The notes: generated by a model not told the origin, from the letters alone. A stretch of 64,000 nucleotides of DNA from Eledone cirrhosa (GCA_964016885.1 OZ024741.1:373240001-373304000), one strand, 5' to 3'. Numbered from the stretch's first letter, positions 1 to 12,819 are shown. Translations and numbers: made by a program.

Positions 1-139
1 TAAAATAAGTGCTGGATTTCACATGTCATCTAAGAAAGCCACAGCAGGATTTGAACTCAGAATGGTATAAATACTGGTATAAATACTGTAAGGCATCTTT
101 TCTGATGCTCTGATATTTCCCCTTATGCACCACCCTGGA

Positions 140-455
140 GTGGTATCTTATTTTATCAGCCCTCTAAAAAGTATTCGTGCAAACTCTTACATATGGTCAT
201 GAATATTGGGTAATGACTGAAAAAATACAATTGCAAATTCAAGCAGCTGAAATGGGGTACCTCCAAAGGGTCTTTGGAGTAACATTACCCAATAGAGTGT
301 ACACACTCAGAGATCAGACAGTTACAGCAGGTAGAACTACTACTTCGCTGAATTGAAAGATCACAGCTTTGATGATACAGACATGTGGTCACAATATCTC
401 ACAAAAGAAATGCTGGACAGATTTATAGGCAAAACCAACCAGCAGGAGGCCTAGG
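140..455 (+). mobile_element. Old, decayed RTE-type LINE 3' coding fragment
   Basis: ~238-320 translates to IQAAEMGYLQRVFGVTL followed by an SEIR-like motif, then an RPRGR-like segment near 445. Typical RTE C-terminal region, interrupted by stops. Confidence 0.55.
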
Positions 456-484
456 GGTAGACTCTAACCATGTTGTGGTTAACT

Positions 485-682
485 GTGCCTTTCATCCTTA
501 CAGGGTCAATAAAATAAAGTACCAACTGAAGCAGCACTAGGAGGGGTATCAGGCTATAGAAACCATGCCAAAGCTGGAACATATGAGCAAGATGAGGTTT
601 TCTAAGCCATCCAGTCTGAAACAATAACCTGTCCAATTCAGGCTAGTATGGAAATCAAAGATAAAATGATGATGATCATGAT
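485..682 (+). mobile_element. SINE 3' fragment with RTE-type (GAT)n tail
   Basis: Core GCCTTTCATCCT...GTCAATAAAATAAAGTACC is shared with 7320-7545 and 52145-52305. Ends in an RTE-like tail plus (GAT)n. Confidence 0.5.
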
Positions 683-980
683 ATGAAAAACATGAAATAT
701 GATGGATGTAGCCTGATGGCATCTGTTGCCTCCCTACCAGTAATTGAGAGGGTTAGATTACGGTTTTGAAGGATGGGGTTGATTTTTACTATATGTTTTG
801 TGAAATATGTGTCTGGTGAGTTGGGTCAGGTATAGGTTTATGGATTGTGTTTGCTTGAATTTGTGGATAGCATTGGTCTGGTATAAATTTGTTTGCATTC
901 AAGTTTAGGGAATTGATGGTCAGGAATAAAGGCAAGCATTCGGGTAGGACCCCCACAATGAGGGGTCTTATCGGAATGCC

Positions 981-1499
981 TTGCTAAAGAATCTCCCTGT
1001 ACCTCTTGCCGTATCTGGCCACACTGAAAAGACTGTGGAATCTGCTACCCATGAAGTGATTGCCATTGGGGTACCAGAGGACAAGGCTGATCTTCAGGCA
1101 TTTGCTGCCAGCTCAGCCAAAGACCTAGGCTGTGTTCCCCCAAAGGGTGCTCTCCGCGTTGGTCGACCTGGTCCAAAACCCAGACTCATCAGGCTGTCTT
1201 TTTTGGACCCCGCTGAGGCAACCTCATACCATCTGGCCTCTGTTAAAGCTGGGCGTGAAAATCGGATTACCTTCCGAACACGCACAGGCCTACCACCCCA
1301 TGTACGTCCAAAGCTCCGTGCTGCAGCTTCCTTGAATCAGAACTCAGCACAACATGAAAGTTTTAGTCTGCGTGATGATGGGCAGATCTGGAGGTTTGTC
1401 AAGGCTGGTGAAACGTGGAAGAGAGATACCAGCTGGTCTGAGTGTGATCTACCCACAATAACTGGCAATGTAAAAACTGCTACAACTCTGGGAAACTAA
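981..1499 (+). CDS. LINE ORF1 C-terminal part (RRM-like region of a CR1/L2-type ORF1p)
   Basis: VIAIGVPE and LRVGRPGPKPRLIRLSF resemble LINE ORF1 motifs; lies directly upstream of the APE domain; ends LGN*. Confidence 0.7.
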   Translation: MLKNLPVPLAVSGHTEKTVESATHEVIAIGVPEDKADLQAFAASSAKDLGCVPPKGALRVGRPGPKPRLIRLSFLDPAEATSYHLASVKAGRENRITFRTRTGLPPHVRPKLRAAASLNQNSAQHESFSLRDDGQIWRFVKAGETWKRDTSWSECDLPTITGNVKTATTLGN

Positions 1500-4317
1500 A
1501 CCAGAACAACCTGCCACCCTCTACACACCATCATAAACTGCGAGCAGGGTACAAATTGTTGTCCTTAAATGCTCGCAGTTTATGCAACAAGATACATTTG
1601 TTTGAATCCTACGTCAGAAGCATCGACCCTGACTTCATCACAGTCACAGAAACATGGGCACATTCCTTACTCTGTGATGGGGTTTTCAGCATTACTGGGT
1701 ACAACCTTTTCCACAAGGACCACATTAATCGCCGTGGTGGTGGTGGTGTGATGGTCTACATTCGTTCAAACTTTTCGGTAATTCCTTGCGTTGATTTGAA
1801 CGAATCACAGGAAGAAGTTTTGTTCTGTGACTTACGTATGACCATGTCAACACTTCTGCTTGGTGTTGTTTATCGCCCCCCAAACTACCATCAGGACACA
1901 CAGCTTTGCAATATCCTCAGAGTTGCTGCCAAGAAAACAGCCACTTATGTGTTTATTGCAGGTGACTTCAATCATCCTGAGATCGATTGGGAAACCTTTC
2001 GTTGGCCACAAGGTGCAAACGATTTCCTTGAACTAGTGCTGGACTCAAACTGGTCACAAGTAGTCACCTCTCCAACAAGAGGTGACAACACTTTGGACCT
2101 GATCTTCACCACTACTCCTGAAGTGGTTATCAGTTGTACTACTGAGGAACCTCTAGGCGACTCTGATCATGCTATGATCATTGCCAATCTGGCACTTGAG
2201 GGCAGCAATAAAAATCAGAGCCATCTCCAATCTGCTTGCTTTGATTAGAAGAGGGCGGATTGGAACTTGTACTGCACTGAGCTACAGCGCCCAAACTGGC
2301 ATGAGATGTATAACTCTGGAGATGTGAACACTATACTCCAGAGCATCCTGGACTCAATATGGATAGTGTGTGCAGCATCGGTGCCACGTAAGCGGAAAAA
2401 TAACCACCCCAAAAGGGCAATTTGGGAAACTTCAGCGGTCCGACTTGCCAGGAAAGAACGTCGGAACGCTGACCGGGAATATAAACTGCATAGATCAGAT
2501 GCCAACAGAAAAAAGCGGAATAAATCTTCTAACCATCTCAAGCAAGTGACAAAGAAGGCAGTGCTTGAATTTGAACAGTGCATAGCAACCAATCTTGACA
2601 GTAAGGTGTTCTGGAAATATGTTCATTCAAAGCAGAGACCTCACTCTCCAGTTGGTCATCTTCGCAATCCCCACACAAGCCAGATCACTGACGATCCCAA
2701 AGAATGCGCAGAACTCATTGCTGAGTGCTATGCAAGTATTTTTACTGTTGAAAACCAGAATGTACTATCTCCACCATCTCCACCATCTCTAACATCAAAT
2801 TCCATAACAACTATGGAATTTACACCTGCAATGTTGTGACGTCACCTTAAGAATAAGCGCAACTATGCCTCCCCTGGTCTTGATGGTGTGACATACCTGC
2901 TTCTCAAACGTGGCGGGTATTTCCTTTTGCGCCAGCTTTCTTTCTTCTTTCAATACTGTCTCAACAATGGTGCTACTCCGGAGCAGTGGAAAACTGCCAG
3001 TGTCATTCCCCTGTTCAAAAAGGGGAACCGCATGTCACCTGTCAACTATCGTCCAGTCAGTCTTACTAGCTGTATGGCCAAACTGATGGAATCCTGTGTC
3101 AGAGAAACACTTTGGAACTTCTGGAGCTCTCACAGCCTCATCCGGCCCTCACAGTTTGGATTTATCCCTAACTCCAGCTGTTGTGATCAGCTTATCGAGT
3201 TCCTTGAAGACATCACCCGGATCACTGACAGCGGCTCATGGGGTGGATGTTGTTTACCTTGACTTTGCTAAGGCTTTTAATTCTGTGCCACACAAAAGAC
3301 TTATGGCAAAACTCTCTGCAATGGGTGTGAGGGATGATCTTTTCGACTGGTTGAAATCCTTCATTCTCAGCCGAAAAGAAGTAGTCACGGTTCTAGGACA
3401 GCATTCTTCACCATATGAGATGTCATCTGGTGTACCACAGGGATCTGTTCTTGGTCCCCTTTTGTTTGTGGCATATATTAATGACATAGATGCCAACTTA
3501 CAGAATGCCACGGCACTGAAATATGCAGATGACATCAAGCTGTACCTTGAAATCAAAAGGACTGATCCTGAAATTTACAACTCTTTCCTACAATCAGACC
3601 TGGACACAATGCAGCAATGGATCACAGACTGGCAACTGAAGCTGGCTGTGGACAAGTGTACCACCATGCATTTTGGAAGGAAAAATCCAGCGTCCACATA
3701 CTCCCTCCACAACACTGATGTCAAGAAGTCCTCTTGTGAACGTGACCTGGGCATTACTGTCAGCAGCGATTTGCGTTGGACAAAGCATATCTCTAAGATT
3801 ATCAAGAAGGCCGAGGGTGTCTTGGCATCACTCAGCAAGACCTTTGTTAGCCGCTCTCCAGCCATCTATTTAAAACTGTATACAGCTATGGTATGACCAC
3901 ACTTGGAATTTGCATCATCAGTCTGGAACCCCTATCTTGCTCAGAACATTGACCTCCTGGAAACTGTTCAAAGCCGTGCAACCAAGCGCATACCCTCCAT
4001 CAGACACCTACCATACTCTGAACACCTTGCTTCCCTGGGCATGGATTCATTGAAGCTCCGACGTCTGGCAATGGACTTGGTAAATACCCACAAAGTTATT
4101 AACCATCTCGCCAATTGCAACCCTGAGCACCTTTTTGATCTCCATGTGTCTAACACATGTGGACATGCCTACAAAATCAGAAAACAGCACAGCTCCTATG
4201 ACTTTCGTAGACATTTTTTGGAACAGCTAACAACTGCCTGCATCAGTTGTTAGCTGCCAAGACAGTGCATCCTTTAAGACACTCATGCTTCCCGAAATAC
4301 GCCAAAACTACACCTGA
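1490..4317 (+). pseudogene. LINE ORF2 (APE endonuclease + reverse transcriptase) with stops and frameshifts
   Basis: LNARSL, VTETW, VYRPP, GDFN, LDL, SDH (APE); NYRPVSLTS, YLDFAKAF, GVPQGSVLGPLLF, YADD (RT). Stops at 2246-2248, 2837-2839 and 3894-3896; frameshift near 3240. Confidence 0.93.
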
Positions 4318-4487
4318 TGTACCCCTTCCATACACATGCACACATGTGTCTATCATGACTCGTGCACTGTTCATTTTACTGATGTTTGTGCATTGCCCTA
4401 TGTACTGTACATGCACTTTTTGATGAGTTGTGGTGCACCTGGGCACTGTACACAATATTTCATTATTATTATTGTTGTTGTTATTAT

Positions 4488-4615
4488 ATCATGACTCATA
4501 CACGGTTCATTTTCCTGACATTTGTACATTATTCTATGTACTATACATGCACCTTTGATGAGTTGTAGTGCACCTGAGCACTGTACACAATAATTTCATT
4601 ATTATTATTATTATA
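4488..4615 (+). mobile_element. Second CR1-like 3' end in tandem with the first
   Basis: Repeats ATCATGACTC...GATGAGTTGTAGTGCACCTGAGCACTGTACACAAT plus (ATT)n; closest to the 7670-7785 copy. Confidence 0.8.
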
Positions 4616-4640
4616 TATATAAATTTGCACTATATATATA

Positions 4641-4983
4641 TGGAGGCACGTGGCTTAGTGGTTAGAGCATTGGCCTTACAATCGAAAGGTTGTGAGTTCA
4701 ATTCTCAGACCAGGTGATGTGTTGTGTCCTTGAGCAAGACACTTTATTTCACATTGCTCCAGTTTACTCAGCTGTAGAAATGAGATGAAAGGACTAGGGT
4801 CCCTATCATTCCACTGCAAAGTGGTCGTTGAGGTGCCACGGCAAAAAAAGCACCCAGCACTCACTGTAAATGAGGTTGGTGTTAGGAAGGGCATCCAGCT
4901 GTAGAAATCAAGCCAGAATCAGTTCCCGTCCCACCCTTGCAAGCAGGGAAAAAGCGGACGTAAAATGAAATGATGATGATGAT
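4641..4983 (+). mobile_element. tRNA-derived SINE with RTE-derived body and tail
   Basis: A box TGGCTTAGTGG (4651), B-box-like GAGTTCAATTC (4694), GTCCTTGAGCAAGACACTT core, 3' end matching the RTE end at ~41082-41130, (GAT)n tail. Three copies in the window. Confidence 0.92.
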
Positions 4984-5135
4984 ATATATATATAAATTAT
5001 ACATAAGCAAATTTATCACGAATATACATAACATCTCAATGAAAAGAGATCACTAAAAAAATTCACATTCAGAGAAGCAAATACATATAGAACAATCTTA
5101 TTGGGATCTACTCTTCAGTGACTTTGTATACAATG

Positions 5136-5167
<32 letters not shown>

Positions 5168-5319
5168 CTGGAGTTTTTTAAGAATATTTATTTACTTTAT
5201 TGGTTGCACAGTTTTTATGATTATCAAAAGTAAAATTGAGATGGAGGGTTTGTGTTTCTGTTGTAGTGTGTGTCACATCTAACTGGAGTTCAAAAATTCT
5301 TTGTTTTATACAAACAAGT

Positions 5320-5618
5320 GGCTGAGATTGCTATTTGTTTAAAATACAATTTTGTTGGTTGATGACAGTCACATGATTAGGTACAGAAATTTTTGCACCA
5401 AAAATGGATGGTCATAAAATGAAAGAAAAGAAAAATTTGAGTGTTATGGTTCAGTGAGTATGGTTAATGACAAAGTCAAATTTTGGCTTAAGTTGCTATT
5501 TGTTTAAAATGCAATTTTATTGGTTGATGACAGTCACGTGATTAGGTGTAGTAATTTTTGTGCCAAAAATGGATGGTCAGAAAGTGAGAAAAGAGAAGAA
5601 AAATTGGAGTGTTATGGT
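5320..5618. repeat. Diverged direct duplication (~130-bp unit, period ~166 bp)
   Basis: TTGCTATTTGTTTAAAAT...TTGGTTGATGACAGTCAC...AAAAATGGATGGTCA...GAGTGTTATGGT occurs at 5320-5450 and 5486-5618. Confidence 0.8.
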
Positions 5619-6401
5619 ACATGTCTGTGGAATGCTCAATCACTTACATGTTAATTTCATGAGCTGGCAGTTCAGTTGATCAAAAAACTCATTGTCAAAA
5701 CCGATGGAGAATCTATCACTACTCTAAAACTGTATTTACAAACTATGTCAACTTATGCCAAGTCCCCTTTTCAAAAGTTAGGAGAATTATACTCAAAAGT
5801 GTTGTTACCTAACCATCTGGTAAAATATTACAAAATCAAAGTGACACCAAGGAAAAGTTATTGCTCAATATTTAAAAAAGGAATAGGTAGAAACTTGATA
5901 CTGTATAGAATACTATATATTGGTTTCTCTAACCAATAGAGATGAACAAAACATGCTGTCAGTCCTCTGGAATATTGACAGATAACCAGATAACTTTAGA
6001 TATGAAATTGTGGGAGTAATTAGTAGTAGGGCTATGCATGAAATGACACATGTAAACCAACTTCACAGGTGTTTCAGTGCAAGAAAAAATATACAGTTTC
6101 TGTAAGTTCTCTACATAGTCATTAAACTGACTAGAAATAACAGCCAGGTTTCCTTCAAATCACTTTTGATGGAAAGTTAGTCTTTAAAAATAATCTGGAT
6201 AATTATGGCTGAAAAAACTTTGATCATAGGTCTGTCTGCTTGTTAAGTTCAGCCCAGGGATAAGCATCAATAACAGTTGGTGATGGAAGTGTGTAGGTCA
6301 ACCTTTTTGATACCAACCTACCCACCCAACACTACCGCTGGTTCTATGAAACAAAATTACTCATTTTGTAGGGTTCCTATTTATGTTAAACTCTTTCAAC
6401 A

Positions 6402-7130
6402 TCTATACATATATATAAAACTGAAGTGGTCTCTGTGTCCTAATTTTGGAAAGTCTATACAAATCTTCATTTCTACTCCGATTGACTTCAAACTTGCATT
6501 TATATATTCCTTGCGGTCTAAAGATATTAACTGCAGCTTTTATTTTTCAATTTTCTGTTGTTAAAGGCGATTTTTTTCACTAAAACTTTAAGCCTTTTTT
6601 GTCAGTTCGACAATTTTGTCTATAACTCTTTAGTATTTTGAAAGAGTTACCTCTCTTTATAGACTATATTATCCCTACTTAAACATACATACCTTAAAAT
6701 TGTTGATGGTGACCCCAATAGTAACTCCGAAGCATTCGGCATCCGATATAACTGTTCGGTCTATATCAGATTTTTGTAACCTTAAAAGTATCCAACTAAA
6801 TTCTTTCATGCTCTCCACCACTGCAGTCCCACATGCTTACTGCTCTGTAACTTTCATTGTACCATAGCACAACAAATACATATTCGGTTTGTCGAATGTC
6901 TTTTTACTTAACCCTATCGTCTTGGCTTTCGTGGGTTGAACATTTTACTCTCAGGCACCCAATTAAGTTAAATCTCTGGTAATCTACGACAAATTTTTCT
7001 ATTAAGCACAAAATGTAGACACCATTCCCAGGCTGAGGTATTCTGTACTTCTCTGTACTGTTTCAGAAAGGAGGGATAAACATGCCAATCTATGTTTAGA
7101 AGCCCAAGCAACGCTGGGCCATTCTGCTAG
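6402..7130 (+). mobile_element. Non-autonomous Helitron
   Basis: Starts TCTATACATATATATAAAA after an A; ends with GC hairpin GCCCAAGC-AAC-GCTGGGC, then CTAG before a T (A^T insertion, no TSD). Confidence 0.85.
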
Positions 7131-7319
7131 TAATTTTATATAAATACTGTATGTTAAATTACTATCATTGGAATGAAATATTTATGAAATATTTCATTAA
7201 TTAATTGAAATAGGAGGTGTAACCTTAGAAATATGGTCACAAAAGGGTATTTCAATTAATTAATGGGGAATTTGGAGGGATTTACTAAAATCATTAATCA
7301 TTTCATTATTAAAGTAGTA

Positions 7320-7545
7320 TAGGGCAGTGGAATGGCAGTATTGGTAGAGCATCAGATACCATGCTTCGTGGCATAGAGTTATGTCCCTTTATATTCTGAT
7401 TTCAAATCCCACTGATGTTAGCTTTGCATTTCATCTTTATGAGACCAATAAAATAAAGTACCAGTAACACATCAGGGGGTGATTTAATTGATTTTTCCTC
7501 CCCCAAAATTGTTGGCCATGTGCCTAAACCAGAAACCATTATTAA
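7320..7545 (+). mobile_element. Old tRNA-like SINE (TTTCATC...AATAAAATAAAGTACC core family)
   Basis: Degenerate A box TGGCAGTATTGGTAGAGCA, B-box-like GATTTCAAATCC, shared core, ATT tail. Confidence 0.6.
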
Positions 7546-7669
7546 AGTGGTACTTATAAAACAAATTAACAAAAAGTACTTATTTAAAATTATATTAGAA
7601 AGCTATAATTTAAATAGAAACTCTTTAAAGTGAGTCATTTTGTTTCATAGTATCAGAGGTGGTTTATAT

Positions 7670-8780
7670 AATGAAATTATTGTGTATAGTGCTCAGGTGC
7701 ACTACAACTCATCAAGGGTGCATGTATAGTACATAGAATAATGTACAAATGTCAGGAAAGTAAACGGTGTATGAGTCATGATATACACACTGATACATGC
7801 ATGCGTGTATATAGAGGCGGAATATCAGGTGTAGTGTTGGTAAATTTCGGGTTTTAAAGGATGCAGTGTCTCGGCAGCTAACAGCTGAAGCAGGTGGTTT
7901 GTTCCATGCTTCAGCAACTCTGAGTAACAAAGAATGTTTCTGAAAGTCATGGGAGCTGTGCTGTTTTCTGACTTTGTAGGCATGTCCATGTGTGTTAGAC
8001 ATATGGAATTCAAAAAGGTGCTCAGGGTTGTTATTGGCAAGATGGTTAATAATTTTGGGCACGTTTACCAAGTCAGTTGCCAGAGGTCAGAACTTGAATG
8101 TATCCATGCTCAGGGAAGCAGGGCATTCAGAGTATGGTAGATGCCTTATGGAGGGTATTTGCTTGGTTGCACGTCTCTGAACAGTTTCTAGGAGGTCAAT
8201 ATTCTGAGCAAGATAGGGGTTCCAGACTGGTGACGCAAATTAAAAGTGCAGCCGCACCATAGCTATATACAGCTTTAAATAGTTAACTGGAGAGTGGCTG
8301 AAAAAGGTCTTACTGAGTGATGCCAAGACAACCTCAGCCTTCTGGACAATTTTAGAGATGTGCTTTGTCCAATGTAAATCACTGCTGACAGTAATGACCA
8401 GGTCACATTCACAAGAAGACTATTGTGGAGGAAGTGTGTAGATGATGCGTTTTTCCTCCCAAAATGCATGGGGGTACACTTGTCCACAGCCATTTTGAGT
8501 TGCCAGTCCATTATCCATTGCTGCATTGTGTCCAGGTTTTATTGCAGGAAAGATCTACAGTGTTCAGGATCAGTCCTTTTTATCTCAAGGTACAGCTTAA
8601 AATCATCTGCATATTTGAGCACTGTGGTATTCTTTAAGTTGGCATCTATGTCATTAATATATACAACAAACAAAAGGGGACCAAGAACAGATCCCTGAGG
8701 AACACCAGATGACATCTCATAGGGTGAAGAATGTTGTCTTAGAACCGTGACTATCTCTTTTTGACTGAGAATGAAGGACT
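7670..8780 (-). mobile_element. CR1-group LINE 3' fragment (RT C-terminus + 3' UTR)
   Basis: Reverse-complement homologue of ~3360-4615 (QQWIMDWQLKMAVDKC, HLANNNPEHLF); decayed. Confidence 0.9.
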
Positions 8781-8834
8781 TTGGGTTGGTATCAAAAGGG
8801 TTAAGAGGTGGCTGGAAGATATTGAATGATTAGC

Positions 8835-8989
8835 ATACCTGTGTTACACTATACCTGTGTTACACTATACCTGTGTTACACTATACCTGTGTTACACTAT
8901 ACCTGTGTTTCACTATACCTGTGTTACACTATACCTGTGTTACACTATACCTGTGTTACACTATACCTGTGTTTCATTATACCTGTGTT
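8835..8989. repeat. 16-bp minisatellite ATACCTGTGTTACACT, 9 full copies plus a partial
   Basis: Head-to-tail, no spacers; variant units (TTTCA) at copies 5 and 9. Confidence 0.95.
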
Positions 8990-9544
8990 TTTCTCTCCAT
9001 AAAATAAAAAACAAAAGCTAGACTATATATGAAGTGTATGAAAGAAATGTTATATTATATGTTCATGTTAGTTAGACATGACATTTTCTCCCTCTCTCTA
9101 ACTTTTTTATATCACTGCTATCCAATTCCATTTCTCCATCATCTCACTTTATATTACTCCTTCTCCATCTTGTTTTTTTTCTTGTATTTTTCCTTGTATA
9201 TTTTTTCGTTTTTCTTTCATTTTCTTTTCATTTCATTTTTTGTTTGTTTGTTTTTTTTTGTTTTTTTTTTCATTTCATTTCATATAGTGTTTTTTTTTTA
9301 CCCTAGGCTCCTAACAACGATTTAGCCACTTTCTACAATTATAGCTTCAAATGAACTACTTTAGAAACATCTTCAAAACTGTTCTTATGAAGAATGATAA
9401 AAATAATAATAAAGTGAAGACAGAATTATGCCCACTTTATTCCTGTTGTTCAAAAACAATATCATTTACTAATATGGCATGCAGTTCTGGGATGAGATAT
9501 GTTAGTGGAAATAAATGGAAAGAATTTCACTCTTTGGTAACATG

Positions 9545-10189
9545 CATAGACACACAAACACAAACATACATACATGCATACACAGACACAAACATATGTA
9601 CACACACACACACACACACACATAAAAAAAACATACATACACACTGAAACACACACAGATTCACATACAAACATTCACACACAGACACACACACAGATAC
9701 ACACAGACATGCACAAACATACATATACACACACAGACACACAAACATACATACACACACACAGACACGCAAACACACACACACACACATACATACATAC
9801 ACAGCCAGATATACATACTACATACACACATATGCACACACAAACAACAACAACAGTAATAGTAATAGTAATGACAATATCACCAACAATAATAATAACA
9901 ATAATAATAATAAAACTCAGTAACATTTGTAGCCAATCTATTTATCTAATGGAAGCAATGATTTTCTTCAGGAGATAATCATTGACAAATACAAGAATAT
10001 AGCAAATGTTCCTAATTGCTATAGAAGAATGTGAAGTTTGTGGGGAGGGCCCAACCCATTACCTCACTACACTGATGACACAGTCTCTAAAGTTAAACTA
10101 TGGCATGAGAAAGAGACACATTTTATAGTTGCTTTTTTTTTTACTGAAGGCGGGGGAGTTAGGAAATCAATATATTTAAGCACACGACG

Positions 10190-10232
<43 letters not shown>

Positions 10233-10466
10233 GCACATATACACACACACGTATATATACATGTATATATATATACATACACACACACGTATATATATAC
10301 GCACATATACACACACACGTATATATACATGTATATATATATACATACACACATATATACACACACACGTATATATATACGCACATATACACACTCACGT
10401 ATATATACATGTATATATATATATATACGCACACACACACATATATATACACACACACATATATAT

Positions 10467-10497
<31 letters not shown>

Positions 10498-10606
10498 TAC
10501 ACACACACACACACATACACACATATATATATATATATAGCAGAGTTAACAGACATTAGATGAAGATATATATGTGTATATTTATACATATATGTGTGTC
10601 TGTATA

Positions 10607-10638
<32 letters not shown>

Positions 10639-10680
10639 CACACACAGACACACACACACACAGACACACACACATATATA
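9545..10680. repeat. (CA)n/(AAT)n/(TA)n compound microsatellite blocks (9545-9915 and 10190-10680)
   Basis: Directly visible low-complexity runs separated by unique sequence. Confidence 0.85.
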
Positions 10681-10759
10681 CACAAAAATGTATAGACTTT
10701 TATTTGAATGCTGTTGGAGTGTGTATACATTTTTGGGAGACCCTATGTGTGTATAATAT

Positions 10760-12305
10760 TAATAATGAAAATATTGTGTACAGTACTCAGGTGCACTACA
10801 ACTCATCAAAAGTGCATGTATAGTACATAGGGTAATGTACAAACGTCAGGAAAATGAACAGTGCATGATATACACATGTGTGCATGTGTATGGAAGGGGG
10901 ACATCAGGTGTACTTTTGGCGTATTTCGGGAAGCATGAGTGTCTTAAAGGATGCAGTATCTCGGCAGCTAATAACTGACGCAGGCAGTTTGTTCCATGCT
11001 TCAGCAACTCTAAGCGTGAAAAAATGTTTCCAAAAGTCATGGGAGCTGTGCTGTTTTCTGACTTTGTAGGCATGTCCACGTGTGTTAGACACATGGAGAT
11101 CAAAAAGGTGCTCAGGGTTGTTGTTGGCGAGATGGTTAATAACTTTGTGGGTGTTTACCAAGTCCATTGCCAGACGTCAGAGCTTCAATAAATCCATGCC
11201 CAGGGAAGCAAGGCATTCAGAGTATGGTAGGTGTCTGATGGAGGGTATGCGCTTGGTTGCACGTCTCTGAACAGTTTCCAGGAGGTCAATGTTCTGAGCA
11301 AGATAGGGGTTTGAGACTGATGATGTGAATTCCAAGTGAGGTCGTACCATAGCTGTATACAGCTTTAAACAGATAGTTGGAGAGTGGCTAACAAAGGTCT
11401 TGCTGAGTGATGCCAAGACACCCTCGGCCTTCTGGACAATTTTAGAGATGTGCTTTGTCCAATGCAAATCGGTGCTGACAGTAATGCCCAGGTTACGTTC
11501 ACAAGAAGACTTCTTGATATTAGTGTTATGGAGGGAGTATGTGGATGCTGGATTTTTCCTCCCAAAATGCATGGTGGTACACTTGTCCACAGCCAGCTTC
11601 AGTTGCCAGTCTGTGCCCATTGCTGCATTGTGTCCAGGTCTGATTGTAGGAAAGAGTTATAGATTTCAGGATCTGTCCTTTTGATTTCAAGGTACAGCTT
11701 AATGTCATCTGCATATTTCAGTACTGTGGCATTCTTTAAGTTGGCATCTATGTTATTAATGTATGCAACAAACAAAAGGGGACCAAGAACAGATCCCTGT
11801 GGTACACCAGATGACATCTCATATGGTGAAGAATGCTCTCCTAGAACCGTGACTACCTCTTTTCGGCTGAGAATGGAGGATTTCAAACAGTTAAAAAGAT
11901 CATCCTTCACACCATTTGCAGAGAGTTTTGCCATAAATCTTTTGTGTGGCACAGAATTAAAAGCCTTAGCGAAGTCAAGGTAAACAACATCCACCCATGA
12001 GCCGCTTTCAGTGATCCGAGTAATGTCTTCAAGGAACTCGATACACTGATCACAGCAGTTAGAGTTAGGGATAAATCCAAATTGCGAAGGCCGGATGAGG
12101 CTGTGAGACCTCCAGAAGTTCCAAAGTGTTTCTCTGACACAGGATTCCATCAGTTTGGCAATACAGCTAGTAAGACTGACTGGATGATAGTTGAGAGGTG
12201 ACGTGCGGTCGCATTTTTTGAACAGGGGAATGACACTGGCAGTTTTCCACTGCTCCGGAGTAGCACCATTGTTGAGACAGTATTGAAAGAAGAAAGAAAG
12301 CTGGT
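10760..12305 (-). mobile_element. CR1-group LINE 3' half (RT + 3' UTR)
   Basis: Near-identical to 2930-4465 (QLSFFFQYCLNNG...YLDFAKAF...YADD) with frameshifts. Confidence 0.93.
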
Positions 12306-12785
12306 GCACATATATATATATATGTGTGTGTGCGTATGTATTTTCACATACAAACACATTCATGTATCTTTGTATGCTAGAGTGTGTGTGTGTGTGCGTG
12401 TGAGTTCTTTGTGTGGGAGTGTGTGTGTTTGTATTTGTATTGATTGGAGATGGAAGTTAGCAGTTGTTTTCTGCCTAGTTTCTCACCAGTGATAAAATTC
12501 AATATGTTCATATTTATCTCTTCTCTTCTCAACTATAAAAGTGACAAGTCAGTGAATTCTATTTGAGTTGTGGAGAAAAAATAAATAGCCTGTTATGATC
12601 AATACTTGTAGAAAAACATAGTAATCATATGAATTTATATTATATACACCCAGAGGTGTTTGAAAAACAATCTTTACTAGAAATTATACATTTCAAGAGT
12701 ATTTTTTTTAAATAAATATATTAAGTGCATTTTGCAAATTAATGTGATAGGTCAATAACTATCAATATATCAATAACTATCAATA

Positions 12786-12819
<34 letters not shown>

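Larger units (their letters stand above)
981..4487 (+). mobile_element. CR1/Jockey-group LINE, 5'-truncated, inactivated (ORF1 C-terminus + ORF2 + 3' UTR + (TAT)n tail)
   Basis: ORF1 part 981-1499; APE and RT motifs downstream; 3' UTR matches the minus-strand copies at 7670 and 10760; tail of ATT/GTT repeats at ~4462-4487. Confidence 0.92.

Noticed and set aside
4641-4712. tRNA gene (also near 50460-50528 and 57798-57870)
   Set aside because: A/B boxes are present but there is no complete cloverleaf, and the sequence continues into a SINE body.
8835-8989. Possible CRISPR array
   Set aside because: Head-to-tail 16-mers without spacers, no cas genes, eukaryotic context.
10060-10130. CUGAUGA..GAAA hammerhead candidate
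   Set aside because: No convincing stems I-III or NUH placement.
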